Shown here in pieces: positions 20,396 through 31,366 of a DNA stretch of 64,000 nucleotides (the first letter of the stretch is position 1; each line of letters begins with the position of its first letter). The stretch spans positions 62,001-126,000 of the IMG/VR virus record IMGVR_UViG_3300036770_004143; one strand, given 5' to 3'. The position numbers were made by a program, and so were the translations under genes. A model generated the notes under the pieces. That model saw only the letters and a program-made list of their open reading frames with translations. It had not been told where the DNA came from and made no database searches.

Positions 20396-21496
20396 ATGTA
20401 TGATTATGTAATTGTTGGTGCTGGGTTTTTTGGTTCTATTTGTGCGCATGAATTGACTAAAAAGGGTAAAAAAGTTTTAGTACTTGAAAAAAGAAACCAT
20501 TTAGGGGGTAATTGCTATACAGATAAATGGGATAATATAAATATCCATTATTATGGTCCTCACATTTTTCACACATCAAATGAAAAAGTTTGGCGCTGGA
20601 TTAATAAATTTGCAGAATTCAAACCTTATAAACATAATGTTGTGGCAAATTATAAAGATAATGTTTTCTCTATGCCATTCAATATGTGGACTTTCTCCAA
20701 ACTTTGGAATATAAAAAGCCCTGATGAAGCAAAAAAAATAATTAAAGAACAAAGTTTAGGAATAGAATACCCTAAAAATTTAGAAGAACAAGCCATAAAA
20801 CTTGTTGGTACTGATATATATGAAATGTTCATAAAGGGTTATACGCAAAAGCAATGGATGAAAGATCCAAAAGATTTACCTAAAGAAATTATCAAAAGAA
20901 TACCTGTTAGATTTACTTATGATAATTCATATTATTTTGACAAATATGAAGCAATACCTATTGGAGGGTACACCCAAATTTTTGAAAAATTATTAGTAGG
21001 AATTGAAGTTAGACTTAACACTGATTATTTTACAGAAAAAGAATATTACAATTCAATAGGGGAGAAAGTTATTTTTACTGGACCTATTGATAAATTTTTT
21101 GATTATAGTTTAGGTAAACTAGAATACAAAACTACTAAATTTTTGCATAAGAGATTTGAGACTAATAACTACCAAGGTGCTGCCCAGATAAATTATACTG
21201 AATTAGACACTCCACAAGTTAGAACTTTGGAACATAAACATTTTGAAAAATCTGAATCTAATGTGACTTGGGTTACTTGGGAATATCCAACTCCATATAT
21301 TGTGGATGAAACAGAGCCTTACTATCCTGTAAATGATGACATCAATAATAGAATGTATCAAGAATATAAAGAGATGGCTAATAATTACCCAAATATTTAT
21401 TTTGGAGGGAGATTAGGTGATTATAAATATTATGATATGGATAAGGTTATAGACTTAGCATTAAATTTTGTTGAGAATTTGACTACTAAATCATAA
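20396..21496 (+). CDS. glf: UDP-galactopyranose mutase
   Basis: VIVGAGFFG, GGNCY, HYYGPHIFHT, YTQKQW, GRLGDYKYYDMD. Confidence 0.95.
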   Translation: MYDYVIVGAGFFGSICAHELTKKGKKVLVLEKRNHLGGNCYTDKWDNINIHYYGPHIFHTSNEKVWRWINKFAEFKPYKHNVVANYKDNVFSMPFNMWTFSKLWNIKSPDEAKKIIKEQSLGIEYPKNLEEQAIKLVGTDIYEMFIKGYTQKQWMKDPKDLPKEIIKRIPVRFTYDNSYYFDKYEAIPIGGYTQIFEKLLVGIEVRLNTDYFTEKEYYNSIGEKVIFTGPIDKFFDYSLGKLEYKTTKFLHKRFETNNYQGAAQINYTELDTPQVRTLEHKHFEKSESNVTWVTWEYPTPYIVDETEPYYPVNDDINNRMYQEYKEMANNYPNIYFGGRLGDYKYYDMDKVIDLALNFVENLTTKS

Positions 21497-21530
21497 TACC
21501 TATTATTTATTATTAAATAAAAACAACTTA

Positions 21531-22262
21531 ATGACGAGAAGAAGATTTGTGAAAAAAGAAGATGAGGTTGAGTTAGCTCCCCAATCAAGAAAAAGCCAAA
21601 TTTGTAGTTTGCTTAAAAAGAAGACAAAAGAGAAATTTCTAAACGACAATCAAGCAATTTATTATGATAAATTGTTAAATCACCAAATAACAATTTGTGT
21701 TGGTCCGGCTGGAACAGGCAAAAGTTATATGTCAATGAAGGCAGCAGTTGATTTACTTGCAGACCCAAACAATACATATGAGAAATTGGTAATTGTTAAA
21801 CCAGCTGTTGAAGCAGAAGAAAAGTTAGGAGCATTACCAGGAACAGTAAATGAGAAGATGGATCCATATATTTACCCATCTTTTTATCTTTTAAACAAAA
21901 TCATTGGCAAGAATATCCGTGAAAAATTAATGGATATGGAGGTTATTGAGGTTATGGCTCTTGCTTATATGAGGGGGTTAAATATTGATAATACTATATT
22001 GGTTTTGGAGGAAGCACAGAACACTACACCAAACCAAATGAAATTAGTATTAACAAGGATTGGTTTTAATACTAAATTCTTTATATCTGGTGATTTGGAG
22101 CAAACTGACAGGTATAAAGACAAAAGGGGAACTGGATTATATGATGCTATGTTAAGATTGCAAGATGTTGATGATATTGCACATCATGAATTTGGTACTC
22201 AAGATATTGTAAGAAATCCCCTAATATCAAAAATATTAAAAAAATATGAAGATTGGAATTGA
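21531..22262 (+). CDS. phoH: PhoH-family ATPase
   Basis: GPAGTGKS, LGALPG, AYMRG, EEAQN, ISGDLEQTD, DIVRNPL. Confidence 0.92.
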   Translation: MTRRRFVKKEDEVELAPQSRKSQICSLLKKKTKEKFLNDNQAIYYDKLLNHQITICVGPAGTGKSYMSMKAAVDLLADPNNTYEKLVIVKPAVEAEEKLGALPGTVNEKMDPYIYPSFYLLNKIIGKNIREKLMDMEVIEVMALAYMRGLNIDNTILVLEEAQNTTPNQMKLVLTRIGFNTKFFISGDLEQTDRYKDKRGTGLYDAMLRLQDVDDIAHHEFGTQDIVRNPLISKILKKYEDWN

Positions 22263-22275
22263 TTTGACAAAAAAT

Positions 22276-22863
22276 ATGAGAATTGGTATTGATTTGAATG
22301 GGGTTTTAAGGGATACCCTTGGTAAAATAGAGCAAGTGTATGATAAGTTCTATGTCTCAAATGAGGAGGGGGGGAGTGATTTTAAATATGAAGTAAATTA
22401 TCCCATTGATTCCTTAAACCTTATGAATCACTTCAAATTTGAGAATAGTGAAGATTTGTATAATTTCTTATATGTTGAACATCCTATGGAAATATTTGGT
22501 CATGCAGCATCCGTTGAATATACAGGGATGAATGATTTAAATGATTTCTATCTTGATATGAGAGATAATTATAAAATTATTATTATTTCAGATGAGATTG
22601 GTAAATCCAAACCTGCCACATTATTTTTTTTATCAAAGTTTTCTTGTTTGATTGAAAACATTATGTTTTATAGTGAACAGACAAAAAATAATATGCTTGG
22701 GTCAATAGATGTTTTACTTACAGCAAATCCAGACTTATTATTAAAAGAAGTTAATGGCTTGAAGGTTATTAAATATGAACAAGAATATAACAAAAACATT
22801 AAAGCTAAATACAGCATAAACAAACTAAAAGAGTTAAAAGATAAAATTTTAGAAATATGTTAA
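22276..22863 (+). CDS. HAD-superfamily 5'(3')-nucleotidase-like protein
   Basis: RIGIDLNGVLRD N-terminal motif (second Asp replaced by Asn); start could also be 22246. Confidence 0.55.
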   Translation: MRIGIDLNGVLRDTLGKIEQVYDKFYVSNEEGGSDFKYEVNYPIDSLNLMNHFKFENSEDLYNFLYVEHPMEIFGHAASVEYTGMNDLNDFYLDMRDNYKIIIISDEIGKSKPATLFFLSKFSCLIENIMFYSEQTKNNMLGSIDVLLTANPDLLLKEVNGLKVIKYEQEYNKNIKAKYSINKLKELKDKILEIC

Positions 22864-23135
22864 AAATCTTAGGAGAACATTATTATGTTGATTTAGATGT
22901 TGTTGAAAAGTATGTTGATATGACAGAAGTTGCACCAATAGAAACAACAGGTACAACAGATACAAAAATAAATATCATTAAATATGAACTTGTAAAACTA
23001 ATGTTAGATGTCATTTTAACAGAAAGTGATGATATTGATGAAAAACTTGGTTTAAGTTCAGCTAGTGACTTGAGTTTACCATTTAAATTGGCTTTTAATA
23101 CATTATTAAACAAAAAGATAATAAACAAATATTAA
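22857..23135 (+). CDS. Hypothetical phage protein
   Basis: 92-aa ORF in operon. Confidence 0.65.
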   Translation: MLKILGEHYYVDLDVVEKYVDMTEVAPIETTGTTDTKINIIKYELVKLMLDVILTESDDIDEKLGLSSASDLSLPFKLAFNTLLNKKIINKY

Positions 23136-23136
23136 C

Positions 23137-24183
23137 ATGAGTGATATCAAAACAAAAATTGAAAATTCCTTAAACCTATTAAAAGACAAAAAATCAAGAA
23201 TTTATTTTGTTGCCCAAGATACAAAAGGAAATGCTAGGGCTTCTATAAAATACATTTATGACCTTGCTTTGGCTTTGAAGGAGAATGGATTTAACCCCAT
23301 CATCTTACATGAAAAAAAAGATTACACAGGTGTAGCATCTTGGCTTGATGAAAGTTATATGACAAATCTTCCCCACCGTTCAATTGAGGGGGAAAATTTA
23401 GAAATTAGCCCAGAGGATTTTATTGTTCTTCCTGAAATTTATGGTTTCATTATGGAACAGATTAAGGATTTACCTTGCGGTAAGATTGTATTAACCCAAT
23501 CATATTCATATGTGTTGGATACATTGCAACCTGGTCAAAGTTGGCCATCACTAGGCTTCCTAAAATGTATCACAACTTCTGAAAAACAGAAAGAGCAGAT
23601 TGAATCTTATATGAAAAAAATGTCATATGATATTATCACACCTTACATAGCAGAAGTTTTTGATAAACCAAAATTACCCCCAATGCCAATTGTTGCAGTT
23701 CATACAAGGGATCAGACAGATACCATTAACATTGTTAAGCAATTCTACTTAAAGTATCCCCAATTTAGGTGGTTTACTTTTAGGGATATGAGGGGTCTTA
23801 ACCAAGTAGAGTTTGCCAACTCTTTAAAGAGTTGTTTTCTTAGCGTTTGGATTGATGATATTAGTGGTTTTGGAACATATCCATTGGAATCAATGGCTTG
23901 TGGGATTCCAGTTATTGGAAAAATACCTGATTTAATTCCAGAGTGGATGAATGAGAAAAATGGAATATGGGTACAGGACAAGTTAAAGATGGTTGATTAT
24001 ATTGCAGAGTTCATCCAGAATTGGCTTGAGGATAGCATTACCCCTGATTTATATGAGGAACTTGAGAAAACAGGGAATGAATACAAGGATAAAGAAAAAT
24101 TCACAACAAATGTTGTCAAGTGTTTTACAGGCTATTTTGATAATAGAATAAATGCATTTCAAGAACAATTAAACAAATTATAA
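23137..24183 (+). CDS. GT-B glycosyltransferase-like protein
   Basis: IVLPEIYG, SVWIDDISGFGTYPLESMACGIPVIG (ExxxxG.PV motif). Confidence 0.75.
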   Translation: MSDIKTKIENSLNLLKDKKSRIYFVAQDTKGNARASIKYIYDLALALKENGFNPIILHEKKDYTGVASWLDESYMTNLPHRSIEGENLEISPEDFIVLPEIYGFIMEQIKDLPCGKIVLTQSYSYVLDTLQPGQSWPSLGFLKCITTSEKQKEQIESYMKKMSYDIITPYIAEVFDKPKLPPMPIVAVHTRDQTDTINIVKQFYLKYPQFRWFTFRDMRGLNQVEFANSLKSCFLSVWIDDISGFGTYPLESMACGIPVIGKIPDLIPEWMNEKNGIWVQDKLKMVDYIAEFIQNWLEDSITPDLYEELEKTGNEYKDKEKFTTNVVKCFTGYFDNRINAFQEQLNKL

Positions 24184-24184
24184 A

Positions 24185-24991
24185 ATGAGTAATAAATTAT
24201 CATTATCTGTTATACTACCAATAAAGTCATCAAAAACAAAAGATTTTAATGCATTTTTTGACAAGGCAATTGCATCATTAGAAAAACAAGAAACTGATTT
24301 TGATGAATTGGTTATTGTCCACACAAAGGAAGATTCTCTTGTTAAATTCTTAAATGAATATGACTTTAAGAATTTGAATGTAAAGAAATTTGAATGGACT
24401 TCTGATCCAAATTATTGTTCACAGATTAATTATGGTGTTGAAAAAGCATCATCAGAATGGGTTTCATTATTTGAATTTGATGATGAATATTCCAACATCT
24501 GGTTTAAGAACTTTAGAAAATATGCTGAAGTGTATCCAGATTATGCAGCATTTTTACCAGTTGTAGTTGATGTGGACGCACAGGAGGTTTTTGCTGGGTT
24601 TACAAATGAGGCAACTTTTGCTGCAAATTTCACCCAAGAAATGGGAATATTGACCAATGACATTTTACATGATTATCAAAATTTTCAGACATCTGGAATT
24701 ATTTTGAAAAAGGATATATTTATTAGCACAGGGGGATTCAAACCATCCGTTAAATTAACTTTTGGCTATGAGTTCTTACTAAGGCTTACCTATAATTCAA
24801 CACCAGTAATGACAATACCTAGATTGGGATACAAACATACCAATCTTAGAGAAGGATCTATATTTTGGAATTATAAATTTGCCAAAGATAAAATTACTGA
24901 AGATGAAGTTAAGTTTTGGCTTCAAACTGCTAAAAAAGAATATTTCTTTACAACTGATAGGGAAATAAAATATGAAACTGAAAACTCTTAA
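24185..24991 (+). CDS. GT2-like glycosyltransferase
   Basis: LSVILPI, QINYGV, SLFEFDDEY, GGFKP. Confidence 0.7.
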   Translation: MSNKLSLSVILPIKSSKTKDFNAFFDKAIASLEKQETDFDELVIVHTKEDSLVKFLNEYDFKNLNVKKFEWTSDPNYCSQINYGVEKASSEWVSLFEFDDEYSNIWFKNFRKYAEVYPDYAAFLPVVVDVDAQEVFAGFTNEATFAANFTQEMGILTNDILHDYQNFQTSGIILKKDIFISTGGFKPSVKLTFGYEFLLRLTYNSTPVMTIPRLGYKHTNLREGSIFWNYKFAKDKITEDEVKFWLQTAKKEYFFTTDREIKYETENS

Positions 24992-25725
24992 TGATAAATC
25001 AAATTGTTGATGTAATTGATGATACTAAGAAAACAAAGAAAAAACCAAAAGAAAATTATTTTGACATAAGAGAAGAAAATGCGGTTATTGAGTTTTTAAC
25101 CGCAACTTCTTTTTATGATAAAAATAAAATATACAATGAATTTCTTAGAAAGCCCTTAGATAAAATGATCTCGTCTATAATTAGACGATATAGATTATAT
25201 AGAAAAGATATGGACTTCAATGAGATTCATACAGATGTCCATTCTTTTCTTATGACTAAGGTGGATAAATTCAAGCCATCTAAAAATAAAAAAGCATATT
25301 CTTACTTTGGTACTATATGTAAGAATTACTTGATGGGGCAGATATTAAAAGACCAAAAAGAAACAAATAGGAAAGTTTCATATGAGGACATATCCTCAAC
25401 TATAGAAGAACGTCCAGATATGTTATATCACATTGATGAAGATGTTTTGGATTTAGATTCAGTCATAATAGAATATACAATAAAACTTAAAGATTTTGTT
25501 GAAACCCAATCATTAACTGATAATGAAAAGAAATTAGGGTTGGCTTTAATAGATGTATTTGAGAAATATGAAACAATATTCACATCAACAGATAATTCAA
25601 AGTTTAATAAAAATTTAATATTGTTGTCATTACGTGAAATGACAAACTTAACAACAAAAGAGATTAGAGTTTCATTAAAAAAATTCAAATCTCTTTATAT
25701 TTTTATTATAAATAAAATTACATAA
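24991..25725 (+). CDS. Putative phage sigma-factor-like transcription protein
   Basis: LDKMISSIIRRY..VDKFKPSKNKKAYSYFGTICKNYL resembles sigma-70 region 2; C-terminal helical LREMTNLTTKEIR. Confidence 0.55.
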   Translation: MINQIVDVIDDTKKTKKKPKENYFDIREENAVIEFLTATSFYDKNKIYNEFLRKPLDKMISSIIRRYRLYRKDMDFNEIHTDVHSFLMTKVDKFKPSKNKKAYSYFGTICKNYLMGQILKDQKETNRKVSYEDISSTIEERPDMLYHIDEDVLDLDSVIIEYTIKLKDFVETQSLTDNEKKLGLALIDVFEKYETIFTSTDNSKFNKNLILLSLREMTNLTTKEIRVSLKKFKSLYIFIINKIT

Positions 25726-25727
25726 TT

Positions 25728-26096
25728 ATGCCTAGACCATTAAAAAAAGAAATTTCATTTAATCAAGAATCAATTTTGAACTTGATGCAAGAAATTTACA
25801 ACGAACTTGTTGAACAGAGGACAACAGCAATCCGCATACAAAATAAAATGTTGGCAATGTTGAAAGAACCTGAAGATATGACTATGATTGGACCAGTCAT
25901 TGAGAAACAACAAAAAATCATAAATGAGTGTGTTGAAAAGAAATTAAGTTTATCTAAACTCCAATCAACTATTTGGGGTAAAATGAGCAAAGATGAAACA
26001 TCCTATTCATTTGCAGATTTGGATGAAGGTGTGTTACAAAGTTTATTGGATAAAGATATTAATAATGAAATAACAAATAATTATACAGTAAAGTAA
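25728..26096 (+). CDS. Hypothetical coiled-coil phage protein
   Basis: 122-aa ORF in operon. Confidence 0.65.
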   Translation: MPRPLKKEISFNQESILNLMQEIYNELVEQRTTAIRIQNKMLAMLKEPEDMTMIGPVIEKQQKIINECVEKKLSLSKLQSTIWGKMSKDETSYSFADLDEGVLQSLLDKDINNEITNNYTVK

Positions 26097-26100
26097 TTAT

Positions 26101-28143
26101 ATGCCAGATTTACTGAATGATTATAAAAAAATTAGTAAGCAGATAGATGCTTACACAACTTATTTAAATAGTGTTCAAGCATCAGATAATGCAAGAGCAC
26201 AAGCCCAAGTATTCTTTGACAAAAAAGTATCTGATGTTAAGAATGCAATTAATGTTTTTGATTCAGTAAAGAATTTAAAAAAAAACAAAACCCCCTCTTT
26301 ATTTGACCAATTAATTGGGTTTATCAAAAAGTTGGATGGGGAAGGTCCAGATACAAATAATAAGTTATTAAAGACTTTTTCAGATATTCTTGTTAAGAAT
26401 TTACCTGAAATTAAGAAAATCCTTTCAGAGGAGGCAATCAAATTATTGGGATGTAGGGATGAACAGACATTCCCAGCATTAAAGTTAGTTGATTTTAAGT
26501 CAGATAATTTTATTGTTCCAATTACAAATCAAATATATGTTCCATTAAAAAATTTGGATTTATGGAAAAATCTAAAAAAAGACCCTGATTCAACAGCTGG
26601 AATTTTCTTTTATGAGGATTTGGGTGGTGTTGATATATTAGATGGTATCAATAATGAAAAATATAAGAATTTTGGTGGAGATTTAAAATTTCCTTTTAAT
26701 AGGGAGATATATGCTAGGATTATATCCCCTAATCAAAGTTTTTATAATAAGTATGATGAGGCTTATCAAGGAGGGCCAAATGCACCTTTGTTTGATTTTA
26801 AGTATGTTACAGAGAATGATTTGGGGGAAACAGGAGATTTTATTGCTGTGACATTATTAAGTAAGAATGATGAATTTAATTTTTATAGCAAATTTATTTT
26901 TGACTATTATGATAGTATTAATATTTTTGATTTTAATAATATTATAAAGAACATTTTTAATTATTTGCTTGATGGTGCTGATATAACACAAACTAGTTCA
27001 CCAAAAGAAATAGGTGAGAAAACAAAGTTTATGTTATTGATTGAAAGGCTTTGTGGTAAATGTTTTGATAATAGTGATGAGATTGATGTTAGTGGTATTG
27101 CCAAAATTGCTGAATTAGATGATGATAGTGATGATTTCTTCACATTTTCAGAAATAGATTTGAGACAAATTGATGACAACATAAATAACTATATGAATAA
27201 GATTGTTAGTTTTGATAGTTGTGGAGTTGTTAACCAGCAGATTGATTATGATAGCATTGTTGATTATGCCAAAGAGGTTGTTGGTGGCTTTGAAACATTA
27301 AATTCAACAGGAAAGAGTGATGCAATAACCAATGCCATTTTAAATATATTAAAAAACAATAACTTAAAAAACAACAACTCAACATTATTTTCATTTGTTA
27401 AATCAATTTTGGAATCTATTTTAACCCCAAAGGTTTTATTCCCCATTATGGTTTTGGGTCAAGTCATTGAAAAGACAGCAACTGCACAATATGATTTGGT
27501 AAGGGGACGTGCTGATGATTTTATTACACAAAATAAGAAAGCAATAAAAAACTTTACAGATGAGGCATTTGATACACCTGAATTTTTTGCAAAAAAATAT
27601 AAGACATATCTCCAGAATGTTACAAGAAGGGTTTTAGAATTATTCTTAAAAGAATTGTTTAATGTTCTTAAGGGTAAGTTAAAAAAATTGGTATCAAGGG
27701 TTGTTGGGGGTGTATTTAAGAATTACTCAAAAAAGCAAGTCCAAGTTATATTGGCTTTAAGTACAGGTTTATTGGGTATTATATCAACAATTACAAATTT
27801 TAGGAAATGTAAAAGTGTTATTGATAGTATTGGTAAAATTTTAAATTCAATAAACATACTAACAAAAGCAGCAATAATTCCAATACCCCCACCATTATTG
27901 ATTGGGGCACAGTTTTTGCCAGGTTTTTCAAATGAAAGGGCAAAGATTAATGTGATTGCTGAAATGCAAAGTTTGGGATTGCCAACAGAAGATTTATTGG
28001 ATGGTTCGCCAAATAGAGTTTTATTATTTGCTGAATCTGTTATAAATGGTATGGATACAGAAGAGATAACAAATGGTGCAGTTGATGGTTTCATTGACCC
28101 CCTATTAACAGGAAGGGTATTTGCCAAAAAAAGACATGGATAA
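26101..28143 (+). CDS. Large hypothetical protein, probably structural (tail/baseplate region)
   Basis: 680-aa ORF upstream of the baseplate spike-like gene. Confidence 0.55.
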   Translation: MPDLLNDYKKISKQIDAYTTYLNSVQASDNARAQAQVFFDKKVSDVKNAINVFDSVKNLKKNKTPSLFDQLIGFIKKLDGEGPDTNNKLLKTFSDILVKNLPEIKKILSEEAIKLLGCRDEQTFPALKLVDFKSDNFIVPITNQIYVPLKNLDLWKNLKKDPDSTAGIFFYEDLGGVDILDGINNEKYKNFGGDLKFPFNREIYARIISPNQSFYNKYDEAYQGGPNAPLFDFKYVTENDLGETGDFIAVTLLSKNDEFNFYSKFIFDYYDSINIFDFNNIIKNIFNYLLDGADITQTSSPKEIGEKTKFMLLIERLCGKCFDNSDEIDVSGIAKIAELDDDSDDFFTFSEIDLRQIDDNINNYMNKIVSFDSCGVVNQQIDYDSIVDYAKEVVGGFETLNSTGKSDAITNAILNILKNNNLKNNNSTLFSFVKSILESILTPKVLFPIMVLGQVIEKTATAQYDLVRGRADDFITQNKKAIKNFTDEAFDTPEFFAKKYKTYLQNVTRRVLELFLKELFNVLKGKLKKLVSRVVGGVFKNYSKKQVQVILALSTGLLGIISTITNFRKCKSVIDSIGKILNSINILTKAAIIPIPPPLLIGAQFLPGFSNERAKINVIAEMQSLGLPTEDLLDGSPNRVLLFAESVINGMDTEEITNGAVDGFIDPLLTGRVFAKKRHG

Positions 28144-28348
28144 TATGGATAAGATTGAAAATATCATTGAGTTTTCAAAAGATTTGAAAAATAAAACCAA
28201 TGCACAGATTATAGAAAGTCTTGATACTTTAAATGAAGAGTTTAATGTTACAAAGAATGTTGTTATTAACTTGACACACAATTTGGATAAGATTGAGGAG
28301 TTATATACAATAATCCTAAAAGAGTATAATACAAGACAGAATGGATAA
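28121..28348 (+). CDS. Small coiled-coil hypothetical protein
   Basis: 75-aa ORF overlapping both neighbours; start may be a few codons downstream. Confidence 0.5.
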   Translation: MPKKDMDNMDKIENIIEFSKDLKNKTNAQIIESLDTLNEEFNVTKNVVINLTHNLDKIEELYTIILKEYNTRQNG

Positions 28349-29843
28349 TAGGTTATTATTCCCAGCAATCATCACAAACATTGATGACCCCCTTATGATT
28401 GGTCGTGTTAGGGCAGAGATTGAATCAGACAGGAATGATGCTATTCTAAAATCTATAACTGATCCCCCATTTAATATTAAGAAGGATATATGGGGGGATA
28501 GGGATCCATTCATATTTAAGCCATTATTACCATATTATTATAATATGCCATTAGCAGTTGGGGAAAGGGTATTGGTTGTGTTCTCAAACAAGGATTTTAA
28601 GTTTGATAATCAGTATTTTATTCAATCTGATTTTACATCCCCAATGCGGGTGAATTTTAATAGTGCAACAGAGGCAAGAATAACCACAGGCTCTGGTAGA
28701 AGGTTTAAGACAAATTTGAGTTTAAAGAATTTGGATGGGACATATAGAAAGAATAAGACAAAAGGAATTTTTGTTGAGCCCCAGGATAATGGTGTTATTG
28801 GTAGGGGTTCTGCAGATGTTATTGTTAAGGAAAACGATGTATTAATAAGATCGGGGAAATATAAAGGACAATTAGACCCAAGAGAATTTCCAAATCCAAA
28901 TATAAATAGATCATTTGTTCAAGTATCACAATTCAATACACGTAAGATTGTTTTACCCCCAGTTGAATTTGAGTTTGAAAGGGAAAAGTTTTTAACAACA
29001 AAGTTTTTGATTGAATGGGTTATTCAGAATCCAGATTCAACATCAACATTTAATGGAGTTGTTAATCTATACTCATTGAAACAAAATGAACGTGTTGCCA
29101 TAAATAAACTTGATATTAATAGTTTGGTTGATGACTTGAAAGTCATTAGAGCAAGAACATCATTTACTGGGTTAAACAAAGAAAAAACAATTGCATTTAT
29201 AAATAATTTTATTTTAAATTGTGATACTCTTCTTAAATTGGATAATGGGACACAAATGTTCTTTCCAAATGAGGTTAAATACCCCATATTTTTTAGACCA
29301 GGATTTGCAACAGTAGTTAGATTAAATGGTTCTTTTGGTAAGGTAATTCCACAGAATTTAGTGGATATATATAACAATATTAAATTTGATAAATTTGCCC
29401 CATCAAGTGGATATGGCTTCATTTATTCAAAAGGAAGCACAAAAGTACCAACACTTACAGAAACTGCTGAAATAACCCAAACACAAATTATTAATGAAGA
29501 TAATTCAGCAACATTGATTGGGGCAGATGAGATATACTTATTATCTCATAAGTCAGATGTTGTTCCAAATAAGAATAAAGTTGATTTAACTGGCTCATTA
29601 TATGGGATTGAACAGGATAAAATAATTGATAATATTTTACCAAATACATCTTCAATGGTTAGGGGAGAGGAGTTATTGGAACTTATTAATTTGATTGTTA
29701 GATTTCTAATAACTCATGCACATCCATTCCCAGGTTTGGCACCAGTTTCAGTGACAGAAGATGGATCCACCATAAATGGTTTGTTGAATGAATTATCATT
29801 GGCAACTAAAAAGATTTTAAATAAAAAAATTAGAATGAATTGA
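28341..29843 (+). CDS. gp5-like baseplate hub/spike protein
   Basis: N-terminal ITNIDDPLMIGRVRA..PLLP..PLAVGERVLV OB-fold pattern and C-terminal THAHPF metal-binding tip motif. Confidence 0.65.
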   Translation: MDNRLLFPAIITNIDDPLMIGRVRAEIESDRNDAILKSITDPPFNIKKDIWGDRDPFIFKPLLPYYYNMPLAVGERVLVVFSNKDFKFDNQYFIQSDFTSPMRVNFNSATEARITTGSGRRFKTNLSLKNLDGTYRKNKTKGIFVEPQDNGVIGRGSADVIVKENDVLIRSGKYKGQLDPREFPNPNINRSFVQVSQFNTRKIVLPPVEFEFEREKFLTTKFLIEWVIQNPDSTSTFNGVVNLYSLKQNERVAINKLDINSLVDDLKVIRARTSFTGLNKEKTIAFINNFILNCDTLLKLDNGTQMFFPNEVKYPIFFRPGFATVVRLNGSFGKVIPQNLVDIYNNIKFDKFAPSSGYGFIYSKGSTKVPTLTETAEITQTQIINEDNSATLIGADEIYLLSHKSDVVPNKNKVDLTGSLYGIEQDKIIDNILPNTSSMVRGEELLELINLIVRFLITHAHPFPGLAPVSVTEDGSTINGLLNELSLATKKILNKKIRMN

Positions 29844-29863
29844 TATTTATTATATAAAATATA

Positions 29864-31366
29864 ATGTCAATTCACTTATCTTATTTCAATAAAAATAATA
29901 CATTAATATCAAATTCCAAAATCAATACAGGTAGAAACCCTGTTATGGAATTATCCTATGGGGCAACAGACTATCTAATCCCAGCATATGGACCAACAAG
30001 ATTAATCTTTAATTTAAATCTCCAACCATTAATTGATAAAGTTAATGATAATATCATTTTTAGTGGTTCATTAAGTAGTGCAACACATACATTGGTAATG
30101 AAGAATTCGGCATCATTTGATGAATCATTGTTGAATGGTAAAATGCCATCCCAAAAAAGAAGAGCATCTTCATTTGATTTAAATCTATTTAGAATTCCTT
30201 TAAGCAGTGGTGACACTGGTTATACCCAATATTGGGATGAAGGTGTTGGCTATGATTATACCAATTATTCAAAAAACTTGAATTCAGGATCAGGTGCAAA
30301 ATATCCCCTTGTCATAAAAGATGATAATTCATTTGCCACAACCGCATCCAATTGGTTTAGTGGTAAGACCATAAGTGGCTGGACAGAATCAGGGATATAT
30401 AACAATAGAAATACAGGAAATGTTAATTATAGCGGATTAACCATTCTTGATACACAGCATTTTGAATTTGGGAATGAGGATATTTCTTTTGATATGACAA
30501 ATGAGATAAATGACATTCTAACAGGTTCTACAACAGACTATGCTGGTTGGGGTATTGCTTATCCACCTTCTTATGAAAATGCAACAGGGTTAACAGAAAG
30601 TTATTCTGTGGGCTTTTTTTCAAGGCATACACAAACATTCTATGAACCATATCTTATCACCACATATGATGATTTGGTAAAAGATGATAGAAATAATTTT
30701 GTGAAAAATAAAATAAATAAACTATATTTGTTTATTACAGATGATGGAAATTACATAAATTTGGATTCAAATCCTATTGTCAATATCATTGATAATGATG
30801 GTGATGTTATGAGTGATATAACTAATCTATCAACAAGATTGGTAACAAAAGGGGTTTATGAAGTTTCTATTCCAAATGTGTTTAGTGGATACACAGCACC
30901 AATGGTATTTATAGATGTATGGAGTGGATTAACCTTAAATGGAATAACCTTGCCAAATGTTGAAAATGAATTTGTATTATATGATATGAATAATAGAATT
31001 AAGACCGGAACAAAATCAACAGAAAATGAATCATATAATTTTGATTTTTATAATGTTATGCAAGGGGAGAAAATCCTTAACACAGATATTAGGAAGGTTG
31101 GGGTTATTATAAAGAAAGCATATAGCACAGATGAATTATTAACAGGGGTTAAAGCATATTATAGGGTTTATGTTAAGGAGGGTGAAACAGAGGTGCAAGT
31201 GCAAGATTGGACAGAAATAAATAGAAGCCCAAATGAATATTATTTTATATTTGACACAAGGGATAAAATCCCAAATAAATATTTTATTGATTTAAAAGTT
31301 CATATTGCTGGGGAAGTTTCAACGTATAAAAAACAATTAGCATTCTTTATTGTAAATAAAAAATAA
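29864..31366 (+). CDS. Putative virion structural protein (beta-rich)
   Basis: 500-aa ORF preceded by ATATTTAT motif; beta-strand-rich composition. Confidence 0.5.
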   Translation: MSIHLSYFNKNNTLISNSKINTGRNPVMELSYGATDYLIPAYGPTRLIFNLNLQPLIDKVNDNIIFSGSLSSATHTLVMKNSASFDESLLNGKMPSQKRRASSFDLNLFRIPLSSGDTGYTQYWDEGVGYDYTNYSKNLNSGSGAKYPLVIKDDNSFATTASNWFSGKTISGWTESGIYNNRNTGNVNYSGLTILDTQHFEFGNEDISFDMTNEINDILTGSTTDYAGWGIAYPPSYENATGLTESYSVGFFSRHTQTFYEPYLITTYDDLVKDDRNNFVKNKINKLYLFITDDGNYINLDSNPIVNIIDNDGDVMSDITNLSTRLVTKGVYEVSIPNVFSGYTAPMVFIDVWSGLTLNGITLPNVENEFVLYDMNNRIKTGTKSTENESYNFDFYNVMQGEKILNTDIRKVGVIIKKAYSTDELLTGVKAYYRVYVKEGETEVQVQDWTEINRSPNEYYFIFDTRDKIPNKYFIDLKVHIAGEVSTYKKQLAFFIVNKK

